NCBI GenBank assembly: GCA_964570505.1 | Contig: CAZMYL010000003.1 | Span: forward strand, 1 to 57,183 | Length of the DNA: 57,183 bases | Reading direction: 5' to 3' | DNA from: an uncultured Pseudomonadota bacterium | GTDB taxonomy: Bacteria; Babelota; Babeliae; Babelales; CAIQNR01 | Shown: positions 1 to 9,856 of the stretch, piece by piece | Layout: each line of letters starts with the position of its first letter | Numbering within the stretch: the first letter of the stretch is position 1 | Notes under the pieces: generated by a model | The model's database searches: none | Seen by the model: only the letters and a program-made list of their open reading frames with translations | What the model was told of the DNA's origin: nothing | Translations under genes and position numbers: made by a program

Positions 1-53
1 AATGACCTTTCAGATCATCATTCTTAACAATATTTAGTTTTTAGATAGGCTCT
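1..53. mobile_element. Putative IS end (IS5 family, IS1031-like); element body lies outside the window
   Basis: 1-53 is the exact reverse complement of 57131-57183. Read into the element it is TTA|GAGCCTATCTAAAAAC, matching the GAG terminus and TWA target known for IS1031-type elements. No transposase in the window. Confidence 0.6.
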
Positions 54-362
54 AAGTTTAAATTATGTTTATTTAAAGAACCTGTACCAAGTGTAGAAGA
101 AAAAGAGAAACAAGATTTAGTAATTCCGTCTTTTAAGGAATTTTTTGGTACTAATCCTGTTACTTTGAATTTTAATCAATATCTTTTGAATATAGAAAGT
201 TTTAGGGCTTTTATAAAATTAAAAAACATAATATCAAAAGATTTTTCTAATTCTGAAATTAATATACGTTTTTCTGAGCAAGATGCTAAATTTACTATTT
301 CAGGTTATGAAATTAGTACAAATAAAAAATTTACTTTGTATTATGAAAAAAATAAAAAGTAG
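54..362 (+). pseudogene. 3' remnant of a hypothetical gene cut by the IS-like end
   Basis: The frame of track ORF 165..362 stays open back to the repeat junction (KFKLCLFKEPVPSVEEKEKQDLVIPSFKEFFGTNPVTLNFNQ...). The first upstream stop (TAG 42-44) lies inside the repeat. Confidence 0.55.
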
Positions 363-497
363 AATGTTTATAATCTAAAGTTCTTATTCGAAAAATAAAG
401 TAATATTTCAATTATTAAAATTTTCTTTCTAAAAACTTTAATTTGTGTAAGCTTAATATTCATTTTTACTCACTTAATTTTTAAATGAAAAGTTTTT

Positions 498-1148
498 ATG
501 AAAAATAGAATATTGTTTTTAATTATTAATTTTTGTACGGTGACTTTTTTAGTTGCTAATTCTCGCAATCCGTTTGATGATGTAGAATCAAGTGAAAGTT
601 ATTCAGAAAGTGGATCGCAATTAGAACGGCCAGTTTCTCCATCAATGCCAGATTTGACATTAATACATCAAGAAAAAGTGTCTCCGCCGCCTTTGCTATA
701 TTTTCCGCATCTAGATCAGCAAGTTCAGCCAATGCCAAAGGCTCAAGTTCCATTTATTCTGCCTCTTTACACCCAAGATCAATTTCAGCAGTTTTATCTT
801 CAATGTCAAAACAAACGTTTAGAACAAAAGCAATTGCAACCTTTTCAATTTAATAATGATTCTCAAGTTTCCATTTCTATGCAGCCTTTTTCAATTGAAG
901 AAAAAGGCGAAACAAGAGCTTTAAATGCCCAAGAAAAAAAAGCAAAAGCAGCAGTATCAGCTGCGTTAGAAAGAAAAAATAGAGAAAAATTTCCATGTCC
1001 TGTATGTAAGAAATATTTCTTAAGCAAATTTCATTTAAATTCGCATTTGGATGATATGCATTGGCCACATACTGGCAAGTATGTTTCTAGGAGAAGATAT
1101 TCCAATTTATTTGCCGATAGATATTCAAAAAATGATGCAAAAAAATAG
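498..1148 (+). CDS. Secreted Pro/Gln-rich protein with a C-terminal C2H2 zinc finger
   Basis: Signal peptide MKNRILFLIINFCTVTFLVA; P/Q-rich middle; FPCPVCKKYFLSKFHLNSHLDDMH fits the classical C2H2 consensus. Confidence 0.85.
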   Translation: MKNRILFLIINFCTVTFLVANSRNPFDDVESSESYSESGSQLERPVSPSMPDLTLIHQEKVSPPPLLYFPHLDQQVQPMPKAQVPFILPLYTQDQFQQFYLQCQNKRLEQKQLQPFQFNNDSQVSISMQPFSIEEKGETRALNAQEKKAKAAVSAALERKNREKFPCPVCKKYFLSKFHLNSHLDDMHWPHTGKYVSRRRYSNLFADRYSKNDAKK

Positions 1149-1163
1149 TTGATATAAATTAAG

Positions 1164-1985
1164 TTATATACATGAAACTGTTTTTTGATGTGCTGAGGAC
1201 GATGGTTTTTCCCCCAATAGTTTTTGAAACAAAGATTGAGATGCTTTTTTAACCTCTGCTGTACTTGATGGATTTTCTTCTATTTTTTTAAGTGTTGGTT
1301 CAAGTTCTGTTTGTATATACATTCGAGTTGCACGCATTTCTTGAATAATTTCTTCTTGTTTTTGTATAGATGTGTAAGTTTTGTCTGCTAGGTTTGCAAC
1401 AACAGAATCTATTTCATTAATCATTTTTTCAGCATCGGCAATTCTTTCTAAAAGAGGCTCGTTGATTTCTTTTATTTCCTCAATATTTTGTTTTAAATTT
1501 TTTAGTTGATTTTCAAAATGATCCATACTTTTTTTATAACTACTAATTGTTTTTAGTTCATTATTTACCCATAGATACATTATTACAGCAGATACGCATC
1601 CTCCAACTAAGAATGAACCAATAAGGCTTTGAGAAGAGCTTCTTGTTATTTGTACGTATTGATTTGCTACTTGTTGTGCTGCTATTCCAGCAACAATGGC
1701 GCCAGTTGTTTTTAGGTAAGATTTTTTATTACTCAGTATTAAACTATATGGTGAAGATTCTTTTAATTTTAAGCAGTAAGTAGAGAATTTAGGATTCTGT
1801 AAAAAAACATCATTTAATGAATTTGAGGAGCTTTGAGAAAAGCTTTCTATATTACTATTATTATATGAATTACTTGATGAACTCTTCCTTTGAGAATTAT
1901 ACATACTTAATGCGGATATGTGTAAGAAATAGCAGTGTAAAGGTGTGAGTAATAAAATAAGTTTAAAAAGTTTGTTAAATTTCAT
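1164..1985 (-). CDS. Secreted/membrane coiled-coil protein
   Basis: Start moved to ATG 1985 (AAGGGA upstream). Signal peptide, Ser/Asn-rich stretch, two hydrophobic segments, long heptad region. Confidence 0.75.
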   Translation of the reverse strand: MKFNKLFKLILLLTPLHCYFLHISALSMYNSQRKSSSSNSYNNSNIESFSQSSSNSLNDVFLQNPKFSTYCLKLKESSPYSLILSNKKSYLKTTGAIVAGIAAQQVANQYVQITRSSSQSLIGSFLVGGCVSAVIMYLWVNNELKTISSYKKSMDHFENQLKNLKQNIEEIKEINEPLLERIADAEKMINEIDSVVANLADKTYTSIQKQEEIIQEMRATRMYIQTELEPTLKKIEENPSSTAEVKKASQSLFQKLLGEKPSSSAHQKTVSCI

Positions 1986-2061
1986 AATTATCCCTTTAGA
2001 AATTGTGGGTTTATCTAAAAAACTCAAGTATATTTGTATCATGTAGGAGTTAAATAAAGAT

Positions 2062-2454
2062 ATGAACTTAAAAAATATTTATAATAATCAATTGCATGAG
2101 CGATATAACAATCCAAAATATAAACAAATACTTAAAGAATTTTCATTTCAATCGGGTATTTATAATCCATCTTGTGGTGATAAAATTAATATTCAGGTTA
2201 TTTTGCATAAAGGTAAAATTATAAATGTAGGGTATCAGTCTGAAGGGTGTGTTATTAGTAGCGGAACAGCTGATTTATTGGCAGATTTTTTTATTAATAA
2301 AAATATAATTGATGTAACTACCATTTCAAAAGAAGATATCTTTTCTATTATAGGTATGAATTTAGGTCCTAATAGATTGCGTTGTGCTTATATAACTATT
2401 GAAGCACTGCAAGATATTTATCAACAGTATACAAATAGGGCAGACCGTGCTTGA
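2062..2454 (+). CDS. SufU/IscU-family (NifU N-terminal) Fe-S scaffold or sulfur-transfer protein
   Basis: NPSCGD, GCVIS and RLRCA supply the three conserved Cys; GGAG upstream. Confidence 0.85.
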   Translation: MNLKNIYNNQLHERYNNPKYKQILKEFSFQSGIYNPSCGDKINIQVILHKGKIINVGYQSEGCVISSGTADLLADFFINKNIIDVTTISKEDIFSIIGMNLGPNRLRCAYITIEALQDIYQQYTNRADRA

Positions 2455-3568
2455 TAAAACAAAAGTTTTGCAAGAGTTACAAGCTACTTCAGAAAAATTA
2501 TTTTTAGATATAAAATCTCAAATTAATGAAATATCGTTTATTTGGCATGCGATGATTAAAGATCCCTTATTATTATCTAAGGTTAAGGCTGTTAGTCATC
2601 TTGGGCTTGCTTCCTGGATAGGATCTATTGACGATTGCTATGAAGTTGAAAATTTTATAGATCCTTATCAAATAATTTCTGTTGATGGTTCTCAGGTATA
2701 TCCCGATAAACATACAGGAACACATTGTTTTTTAATTAATATTGGTGGTATTGCTTTAATTTATCAACATCAAAAAGGTTCAAGTTTTTTGTGGTCAGAG
2801 CCTTTTGTTTTTGCTGAGCAAGAAATAGATGATGAACTTGGTCGTGCAATAGATGTTGTTAATGGTAAACGTGAAGAATTTGAATTTAAAGTAGGATTTG
2901 AGCATTGTTTAAAGCGTAAAAATGAGTTTCCAAATATTCCATTAATTTTTTTGTTTGATGGATCTTTAATTTTTTGGCATTTGCAGGGTAAAGATCCATA
3001 TATAAAAGATTATTTTTTACAAAGATATATTTATTATTTAGATCAATTTTATAAGCATGATATTTTGATGGCAGGGTATTTAAGCCTTTCTAAAGGAAAA
3101 GATCTTTCAAATATAGTACAAGCGTTTAGTAATAAATTCTCATCATTTTCAGAAAAAACAAATCAATATAAAAACGTTACTGATGGCTTATTGACTACAT
3201 TTTTTTTAAGAAAAAATATGAGATCAACAATTTTTAAAAGTAATGCTCCAATTAATCAAAATATACCTGCAGAGTTACATCCGCATTTTTTTTATTATAA
3301 TACTGGCGAAGAAGTTGTACGTATCGAAATTCCAGGATATATAGCCTCTGATAATAAAAAAATTGATATAATTGCATCTTTAATAAAAAATCAAATAGAA
3401 AAAGGGCAGGGATACCCTATCGCAATTGCAGAAGCTCATAATCAAGCTGTTGTAAAATCTCAAGATCGTGAAATGTTTTATCAGATGGTTAAAGATATAG
3501 CAATTCAACAAAAAAGAGTTATTGTTCCTTCTCAAAAAAATATAAAAAAAAGAAGAATGAATGTTTAA
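2447..3568 (+). CDS. NurA-domain nuclease
   Basis: VDGSQ, LFDGSL and GYPIAIAEAH motifs; probable GTG start at 2447 overlapping the end of the upstream ORF. Confidence 0.8.
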   Translation: MLDKTKVLQELQATSEKLFLDIKSQINEISFIWHAMIKDPLLLSKVKAVSHLGLASWIGSIDDCYEVENFIDPYQIISVDGSQVYPDKHTGTHCFLINIGGIALIYQHQKGSSFLWSEPFVFAEQEIDDELGRAIDVVNGKREEFEFKVGFEHCLKRKNEFPNIPLIFLFDGSLIFWHLQGKDPYIKDYFLQRYIYYLDQFYKHDILMAGYLSLSKGKDLSNIVQAFSNKFSSFSEKTNQYKNVTDGLLTTFFLRKNMRSTIFKSNAPINQNIPAELHPHFFYYNTGEEVVRIEIPGYIASDNKKIDIIASLIKNQIEKGQGYPIAIAEAHNQAVVKSQDREMFYQMVKDIAIQQKRVIVPSQKNIKKRRMNV

Positions 3569-3653
3569 AATGATTTTTTGATCTATTGAATTCATTTTTT
3601 AAATTTAGATACTATAAAAAAATAATTTTTTAAAATCATAGTATTAGGGGAGC

Positions 3654-3896
3654 ATGTCTATGAAAAAAATTTGTTTTTTAGTAATACATTTTTGCAGTTT
3701 TATACAAGCAAGTGATGCAAATTTAAGCTTTAATGTCTTAAAAAAAGAACCAAATCAAACTCAAAAAGTTCTATTGGGAAAATCTCCATTACTTCGACGC
3801 AAATCAAGCTCAAATAGTACATCAAATTTTACAGAAAGTAATACTGTAAATATTGAAAAAGGAAATATTCAAGAGCTTCGCAAAGAATCAAAATAA
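3654..3896 (+). CDS. Small secreted hypothetical protein
   Basis: GGGGAG RBS; MKKICFLVIHFCSFIQA-SD signal peptide; basic Ser-rich mature part. Confidence 0.65.
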   Translation: MSMKKICFLVIHFCSFIQASDANLSFNVLKKEPNQTQKVLLGKSPLLRRKSSSNSTSNFTESNTVNIEKGNIQELRKESK

Positions 3897-3900
3897 AAAA

Positions 3901-4302
3901 TTATTTTGGTGAAATGCCTGTGTTTGCAGTTTCAGTTTTTGCTGCCTCAACTTCTTCATCAGTAATATGCGCAAAGCCATCAAAATCGACATTAGCAGCG
4001 ATAGTTCCTTCACGGCCTTCTTCTTTGCCCATGTCAGGAGTTGTATACGAACTTAAGAATGCTTTAAATTTTCCCCATAAAGATGAAGCATTTTTTGCTC
4101 TTTCAGCGTTTTCTTCTTTCTCAAGATAGTCCATTAGTTCTGTTTGATGTCTTTGTAGGGCTTCTAATTGTTTTTGCATAGCTTCTAATTCCTGTGCATT
4201 AACTATAACTAATTGTTGTGCAGAAGACGATGGATTTTCGCTTGAATATAAAATTGAATGAATTGAAAATGTTACAAAACTTAAAAATAATATTTTTTTC
4301 AT
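3901..4302 (-). CDS. Secreted coiled-coil hypothetical protein
   Basis: GGAGG RBS; MKKILFLSFVTFSIHSILYS-SE signal; QELEAMQKQLEALQRHQTEL heptads. Confidence 0.75.
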   Translation of the reverse strand: MKKILFLSFVTFSIHSILYSSENPSSSAQQLVIVNAQELEAMQKQLEALQRHQTELMDYLEKEENAERAKNASSLWGKFKAFLSSYTTPDMGKEEGREGTIAANVDFDGFAHITDEEVEAAKTETANTGISPK

Positions 4303-4366
4303 CATAACCTCCAATGAATTACTAAATGCTAATATGCTCCATTTTTATTTTTTAATTAATAATGTT

Positions 4367-4396
4367 ATTATAATTGAAAAAGTTTCTCATTGTCAA
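4367..4396 (-). promoter_or_regulatory. Sigma70-type promoter for the 3901..4302 gene
   Basis: Minus strand TTGACA (4396-4391), 18-nt spacer, TATAAT (4372-4367). Confidence 0.6.
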
Positions 4397-4402
4397 TTAA
4401 TG

Positions 4403-4437
4403 AAAAAAATAGGCTAGAATTATAAAAATTCTAGCCT
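4403..4437 (-). terminator. Intrinsic terminator after dnaJ
   Basis: 11-bp stem AGGCTAGAATT/AATTCTAGCCT followed by a T-run on the minus strand. Confidence 0.75.
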
Positions 4438-4453
4438 GAAAAATTTTAAAAAA

Positions 4454-5590
4454 TTAACCTAAAAATTTTTTAAAAAAACCCATCAAACTATTGTCAGACT
4501 TTGCATCAGTTCCAATTTCTTCAGAATATTTTGTAAGGCTTTCTTTTGCCTGGACAGAAATTTTTGTTGGTATATGACATTTTATGGTAATAATTAAATT
4601 GCCTTTATTCTTATTTCTTAGATTTACAAAACCTTTGCCTGGAATAATAATTTTTTCATCAACAGCGCAACCTTTAGGAATTTTGACTATTTCTTTTGTA
4701 CCATCAATTGATTCAATTTCGACTTGGCATCCAAACACTAATTGAGGATAAGTTACCAGTAAAGAGCAATGTAAATCATTTTCTATGCGTGAAAATCTTT
4801 TATCTGTAGTTACTTTTATTTTTAAAAAAAGATCTCCGGTTTTTCCGCCATAAATGCCAGCGTCACCTTTTTCTGCTATGCGTAGTTCTGCTCCATCATA
4901 TGCTCCGGCAGGGATTGTGACATTAAATTTGTCGTATTTTTGAATACGGGATTGCCCTTTACATGTGCTACATGGTGATGGAATGGTAAAACCTTCTCCG
5001 GCACATGCTCTACATGGTTGTGCAAATGCAAATGGCCCTTGACGCATTTCTATAGATCCACTTCCATGACATGTTTTACAGCTTATTATAGAAGTTCCTG
5101 CAGTTAATCCTTTTCCACTGCAAGCTTCACAAGTAAAAAAATGATAAAAGCTTATATCTTCTTTTTTGCCTAAAAATGCATCTTTAAGTGTTATAGAAAT
5201 TTCTTTATACAGATCATGGCCTTTTTTTGGAGCAGGACCTGCATTAGTACGACGTTTTTTGGATTGCTGAGCTCCGCCTCCAAACATAGCGCTAAATATA
5301 TCTCCAAACTGCTCAAACATTTCTTCATTCATATCAAAGCCATGGCCGCCACCTGCGCCCATATTTTGGTATGCATCATGACCAACTTGGTCATATTGTT
5401 GCCGTTTTGTATCATCTGAAAGAATTTCATAAGCATGAGAAATTTCTTTGAATTTTTCTTCCGCTTCTTTATTGTCGGGGTTTCTGTCTGGATGATATTT
5501 GAGTGCTAGCTTTCTGTAAGCAGCTTTAATTTCATCTTTTGAGGCAGATTGATTAACACCAAGAATAGAATAAAAATTTTTTTTGCTCAT
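4454..5590 (-). CDS. dnaJ: Chaperone DnaJ
   Basis: J domain with HPD, G/F region, four CxxCxGxG-type repeats, C-terminal domain; alternative start 5611. Confidence 0.97.
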   Translation of the reverse strand: MSKKNFYSILGVNQSASKDEIKAAYRKLALKYHPDRNPDNKEAEEKFKEISHAYEILSDDTKRQQYDQVGHDAYQNMGAGGGHGFDMNEEMFEQFGDIFSAMFGGGAQQSKKRRTNAGPAPKKGHDLYKEISITLKDAFLGKKEDISFYHFFTCEACSGKGLTAGTSIISCKTCHGSGSIEMRQGPFAFAQPCRACAGEGFTIPSPCSTCKGQSRIQKYDKFNVTIPAGAYDGAELRIAEKGDAGIYGGKTGDLFLKIKVTTDKRFSRIENDLHCSLLVTYPQLVFGCQVEIESIDGTKEIVKIPKGCAVDEKIIIPGKGFVNLRNKNKGNLIITIKCHIPTKISVQAKESLTKYSEEIGTDAKSDNSLMGFFKKFLG

Positions 5591-5701
5591 AATATTTTTC
5601 TCATATAACACATTTGGAATTATTGATTTAACGCACTTATTTTATCATAAAAAGATAAAAATGGTACTTTCAGTCAATAAATAAGAAGTTTTCATGTTCA
5701 A

Positions 5702-6598
5702 TTAAACGAGCAATTCTTCTAAAGCTTTGTAAAGTTTGCAATCTGCAGTCGAAAATTTTATGTCTCCAGCTCTTTGGCTAGTGTAACTAGGATTATGCTC
5801 ATAAAGTGGATAGAGCTTTTTAATTGCAATGAAAAGATCATTAATTGTTGTTGGCGTTCCAGTTCCAATATTAATAGGCTTGCCATCGCATAATGTAGTT
5901 GGAAGTTGAGCTAATTTTATATTTGCGTTAACAACCTCTTCTACTCTTATAAAATCACGAGTTTGAGTGCCATCACCATAAATAGTTATAGGTATATTAT
6001 GTTTCATATTATACATAAATTTTGCATAGACTCCTGCATATGTATCATGAGGGTTTTGTCTTGAACCAATAACATTAAAATATCGCAAAGAGAGTGTAGG
6101 TACATTATATATTTGAGCATATTGTTGACAGTATATTTCTCCCAGTAATTTAGAATATCCATAGGGAGAAGTTGGATTGGGAGTGCTGTTTTCAGAGCAT
6201 TTTTTTGTTGAATGACCATATACTGCTGATGATGATGAAAAAATAAATCTAAAAACTCCATTAATACGTGCAGCTTCAAGCATATTAAAAAGGCCTTGAA
6301 TATTTGAATTATGACAAAAATTAGGGTCTTTCATGCTTAATGGGACAGAAACGCATGCAGCAAGATGAAAAATATGAGAAATATTAGTAGATATTTTAAG
6401 ACATAATTCTTTGTCTGTAATATCGCCTTTTATAAAATTAATTTTATTTTTGACTCTTTCAAGATTTTCTAATGTTCCTGTGCTTAAATTATCAATAACA
6501 GTAACATGAGCTCCTGCATCAACTAGAGCTTCTGTTAAATGTGAACCTATAAATCCTGCCCCTCCAGTTATTAACACATGGGAGTTTTTATAATTCAT
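5702..6598 (-). CDS. NAD-dependent nucleotide-sugar epimerase/dehydratase (extended SDR)
   Basis: TGGAGFIGS, HLAA, SSSAVYG, YGYSK (YxxxK), GDGTQTRDF. Confidence 0.92.
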   Translation of the reverse strand: MNYKNSHVLITGGAGFIGSHLTEALVDAGAHVTVIDNLSTGTLENLERVKNKINFIKGDITDKELCLKISTNISHIFHLAACVSVPLSMKDPNFCHNSNIQGLFNMLEAARINGVFRFIFSSSSAVYGHSTKKCSENSTPNPTSPYGYSKLLGEIYCQQYAQIYNVPTLSLRYFNVIGSRQNPHDTYAGVYAKFMYNMKHNIPITIYGDGTQTRDFIRVEEVVNANIKLAQLPTTLCDGKPINIGTGTPTTINDLFIAIKKLYPLYEHNPSYTSQRAGDIKFSTADCKLYKALEELLV

Positions 6599-7947
6599 TG
6601 AAGTTCCTTTTTTATTTTTTTTAATTCATAGGAGGTGCTTATGAGATTGTTTTTAGTTATAGTTTCTGCCATTAATTTTCCGTCTAAAACAGCTTCTTGC
6701 ATGCTCGAATATTTCCATGCACCGTATCTGCCAATTGAATGTATATTGTAAGACTCTAGACGCTCTAATAGTTTTGGCACATTTTTATCTCGCCAATCAT
6801 TATAAATAACATATGCATGTGGAATATTAATAATTCGTTCAGTAATAACTTGTGCGTCAGAAATAGAAAGTAATTTTTTAGTTGATTGTATAGCTGTATT
6901 TACGTTTTTTGATATTTCATTTTTATCTTTTTTTAAATAGGCATATTCTCCATAAAAGGAGCTACATCCTGGGGGAACCATTTTTTGTGAAAAATTATGA
7001 TAAAATCCAATTCTATAATGAGGAAATTCAGACTCTGGTAAATAAACCCAATGCTTTTCTGAAAGATTTGGATTTTGAATTCCTAAATTAAAATTAACTA
7101 CGCTATTACATAATAATTGAGATTGTGCTTTTTTTAATGAGCTAGAGCTTGGTTGTTTTATTAATTCTAGCAATATATCAAGAGGAAGTGTGCTTATTAA
7201 TTTTTCAAAATGTTCAAAATCACCATTAGTAAATGTTACAATTTTGTTTTTTATATCAATGCTTTCAACACAGTATTTTGTTTTTATGGGCAATTTTAAT
7301 TGTTGCATTAATTTTTTAATCCAAAAGAAAATACCCCCTTGTTTTGGATATAAAAAATGGGCATTATAGCCAATGTTTTTTGCATGAGAGTTTTCTAGAG
7401 CTCCCTTAACAATATCAATAAGCGTTGTTTCTGGTACAAATCTACTAGTCCATGAGCTTGAAAGTTTGTGAATGTCATAATCAAATATTTTTTGTTGATA
7501 AGGTACAAAAAATTCCTCAGTAATAGTTTTGCCAAACATATAAAGTGCCCATTGATAAAAATTAGAACCTTTTTTTAATTTTTTTGGTCGATTAATAAAA
7601 TCTATAATTGCATCTGCTATAAGATTTGGTGGAAGCCCATAAAGATTGGATTGATAAGGATAATGAGTGTATGTTTTATGAGAATAAATAAAAGATTTTC
7701 TATCAATAACATTAAAATGAGAAAGTCCTATAAGTGTGTTGAGTAGATTACTAAAGTAGGGGTTGTTGCTATGGAGTAAATGGCCTGTGTAATCAAAAGT
7801 AAATCCATCTTGTTCTATAGATCTACAGAGCCCCCCTGATTCAGCTTCTTTTTCATACATTACATAATCATTAAACCCAGCTTGTTCTAAATGATATGCC
7901 GTAGATATTCCTGTTAGTCCAGCGCCAAGTATGATTATTTTTGCCAT
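6595..7947 (-). CDS. FAD-dependent oxidoreductase (amine oxidase/protoporphyrinogen oxidase/UDP-galactopyranose mutase-like)
   Basis: GAGLTG dinucleotide motif, GGLCRS, FDYTGH, GRYGAWKY; 4-nt overlap with the epimerase gene. Confidence 0.8.
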   Translation of the reverse strand: MAKIIILGAGLTGISTAYHLEQAGFNDYVMYEKEAESGGLCRSIEQDGFTFDYTGHLLHSNNPYFSNLLNTLIGLSHFNVIDRKSFIYSHKTYTHYPYQSNLYGLPPNLIADAIIDFINRPKKLKKGSNFYQWALYMFGKTITEEFFVPYQQKIFDYDIHKLSSSWTSRFVPETTLIDIVKGALENSHAKNIGYNAHFLYPKQGGIFFWIKKLMQQLKLPIKTKYCVESIDIKNKIVTFTNGDFEHFEKLISTLPLDILLELIKQPSSSSLKKAQSQLLCNSVVNFNLGIQNPNLSEKHWVYLPESEFPHYRIGFYHNFSQKMVPPGCSSFYGEYAYLKKDKNEISKNVNTAIQSTKKLLSISDAQVITERIINIPHAYVIYNDWRDKNVPKLLERLESYNIHSIGRYGAWKYSSMQEAVLDGKLMAETITKNNLISTSYELKKIKKELQ

Positions 7948-8037
7948 ATATTCTCCTTAATAAACCTGTAAGAATGAATTTATAGCTATAAAAAAAAAGT
8001 ATATTTATGTCCAGTTATATAAATTGATTTTTTTAAT

Positions 8038-8634
8038 TTATGAACGTTTCCCTGATGTAGATGTAATAAAAGGACAGACTTTAAAAGACAATCCAAGTAA
8101 CAAAGATGCATCTAATTCTTTATCATCATTATTGTTTTCAGAATATTGTTTAAGTTCTTCTGGTAAAGAATTTTGTAATAAATTAAAAGAACCTTTTTGT
8201 AGTTGATTGGCAATTATATCTGGAATCGTGACAACAATATAAAAGCGTGTAACCGGATCAAGTCGTTCATCATCAAAACTAAAAGAAAGTTTTTGATTTG
8301 TGTTATTCCATTTACCATCACAAATAAGAGAGTCTTCCGTTGGCAAAAAATCTTTATTAGGAAATTTTTTGTAAAGAGATGCTGAAAGATTGTTAATGAT
8401 TGGTCCATCCCAAGCAAACTCAAGTTTATTGATTACAGTTATTTCTTTTAGTTCTGGTGTTCGTTTAAAAGTTACTATTGCAGCTAAAATCCATTGGCTT
8501 CCAAATAATTTAGTTTCGCGTGGAGTTTCAAGGTTTTTCCATAGTGATTTTATCGTAATATCGCATACTTTTGTGTTAACAGATATTCCGATAAATAAAC
8601 AACCGCATACTATATTCTGTAAGATATTTTTCAT
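8038..8634 (-). CDS. Hypothetical exported protein
   Basis: 198-aa ORF, GAGGGGAG RBS, hydrophobic N-terminus. Confidence 0.7.
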   Translation of the reverse strand: MKNILQNIVCGCLFIGISVNTKVCDITIKSLWKNLETPRETKLFGSQWILAAIVTFKRTPELKEITVINKLEFAWDGPIINNLSASLYKKFPNKDFLPTEDSLICDGKWNNTNQKLSFSFDDERLDPVTRFYIVVTIPDIIANQLQKGSFNLLQNSLPEELKQYSENNNDDKELDASLLLGLSFKVCPFITSTSGKRS

Positions 8635-8752
8635 AGATTTTCTCCCCTCTAAAAAATAAAATCTGTCAGCCAGTCTACCATAGGGGGATTCATGCTATAA
8701 AGAATAAACAAAAAACTAAAAAAAATGGCTCATTTTTATTAAATTATTATTT

Positions 8753-9730
8753 TTATAAATATGATCTAACTTCAAATCGGGCTTGCTCTTTACCCATTGA
8801 TTCTGGAAGAGGGGGAAATGGGGACGAAGCCCAAATATCTTCAATGCACATAGTATCAAATGGTTTAAATCCTGAGGATGAAATAATATCTATAGAAAGA
8901 ACTTTGCCTTCTTTGGTAACGGTAATTCCACAAAAAAGATCTTTTTTAAGTTGGCCTGTTTTAATCCATTCAATTAATGGAACTTTCTTTTTGATTCTAT
9001 TAAATCGTGCAGTTTGATTGAGGTGATGTAAAAACTTTGTCCACACGCTGTAATATTTCATGTCTCCTTCTTTAATAACAATTGGTTGGCCAGATCCTTC
9101 TCCTATCATTTGAGTGTCTGTTGTAACAAGAGGAGATTTTTTAAATAGATCTGCAAGTGTTAGTTTTTTTGAGCAAGATTGTTCATGAGATGAAGTTGTT
9201 GATCGAGATCGTGTTTTTTTAAGAGGTATAAATTTTTTATCATCCATGAAAATATTTTTTTCTATAATTGTATCAATCATAGATTCATTGTTGTCAGATT
9301 TTATTTCTTTATTAGATAGCTCTGATTTTTCAGGTTCTGTTATTGGTAATTCTGGTACAATGTCAGATTCTTTTTTGTCTTTTTTTTCAATAGAATCATG
9401 AGTATTATTATCAGGTGAAGCTTCTATTTTTTTTTCAGTTGGATTTCCTGGTTTTTTATGCGGGTCAATTTCATGTCCGTAATACATTACGGGAGCTGGT
9501 ACAGTAAAGGTTTTGGGATCTAATGTTTGAGGTTCTTTATTTTTTATTTTTTCAGTATGACTTTTATGACGAAGTTCTTTTTGATCCATTAAAATAACAG
9601 GAGCTGCTTCTTTTTTGGGGTTTAGTAAAGAGGTATCATTAAGGGATATCAATAATGCAATAATAATAAGAGCATGTAGTGTTATTGAATATATGATCCA
9701 GGCGCTTTTTTGTTCTTTTTCTTTATTCAT
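8753..9730 (-). CDS. TonB/TolA-like energy transducer
   Basis: N-terminal TM with SxxxH (SITLH), charged Pro-rich linker, TonB_C-like end (SSGFKPFD...SPFPPLP). Confidence 0.75.
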   Translation of the reverse strand: MNKEKEQKSAWIIYSITLHALIIIALLISLNDTSLLNPKKEAAPVILMDQKELRHKSHTEKIKNKEPQTLDPKTFTVPAPVMYYGHEIDPHKKPGNPTEKKIEASPDNNTHDSIEKKDKKESDIVPELPITEPEKSELSNKEIKSDNNESMIDTIIEKNIFMDDKKFIPLKKTRSRSTTSSHEQSCSKKLTLADLFKKSPLVTTDTQMIGEGSGQPIVIKEGDMKYYSVWTKFLHHLNQTARFNRIKKKVPLIEWIKTGQLKKDLFCGITVTKEGKVLSIDIISSSGFKPFDTMCIEDIWASSPFPPLPESMGKEQARFEVRSYL

Positions 9731-9856
9731 TACATTTCTTTTTTTATATAAATTTATTTTTATTTTTATAGCTTACCTTACTCTAATAGAGAGTGAAAGA
9801 TCTGATTAGTTGATACTCTTTAAAATAAAAAATGTTAAAAATATAGTAATAAATTT

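Noticed and set aside
5591..5701. CIRCE operator upstream of dnaJ
   Set aside because: No TTAGCACTC-N9-GAGTGCTAA match
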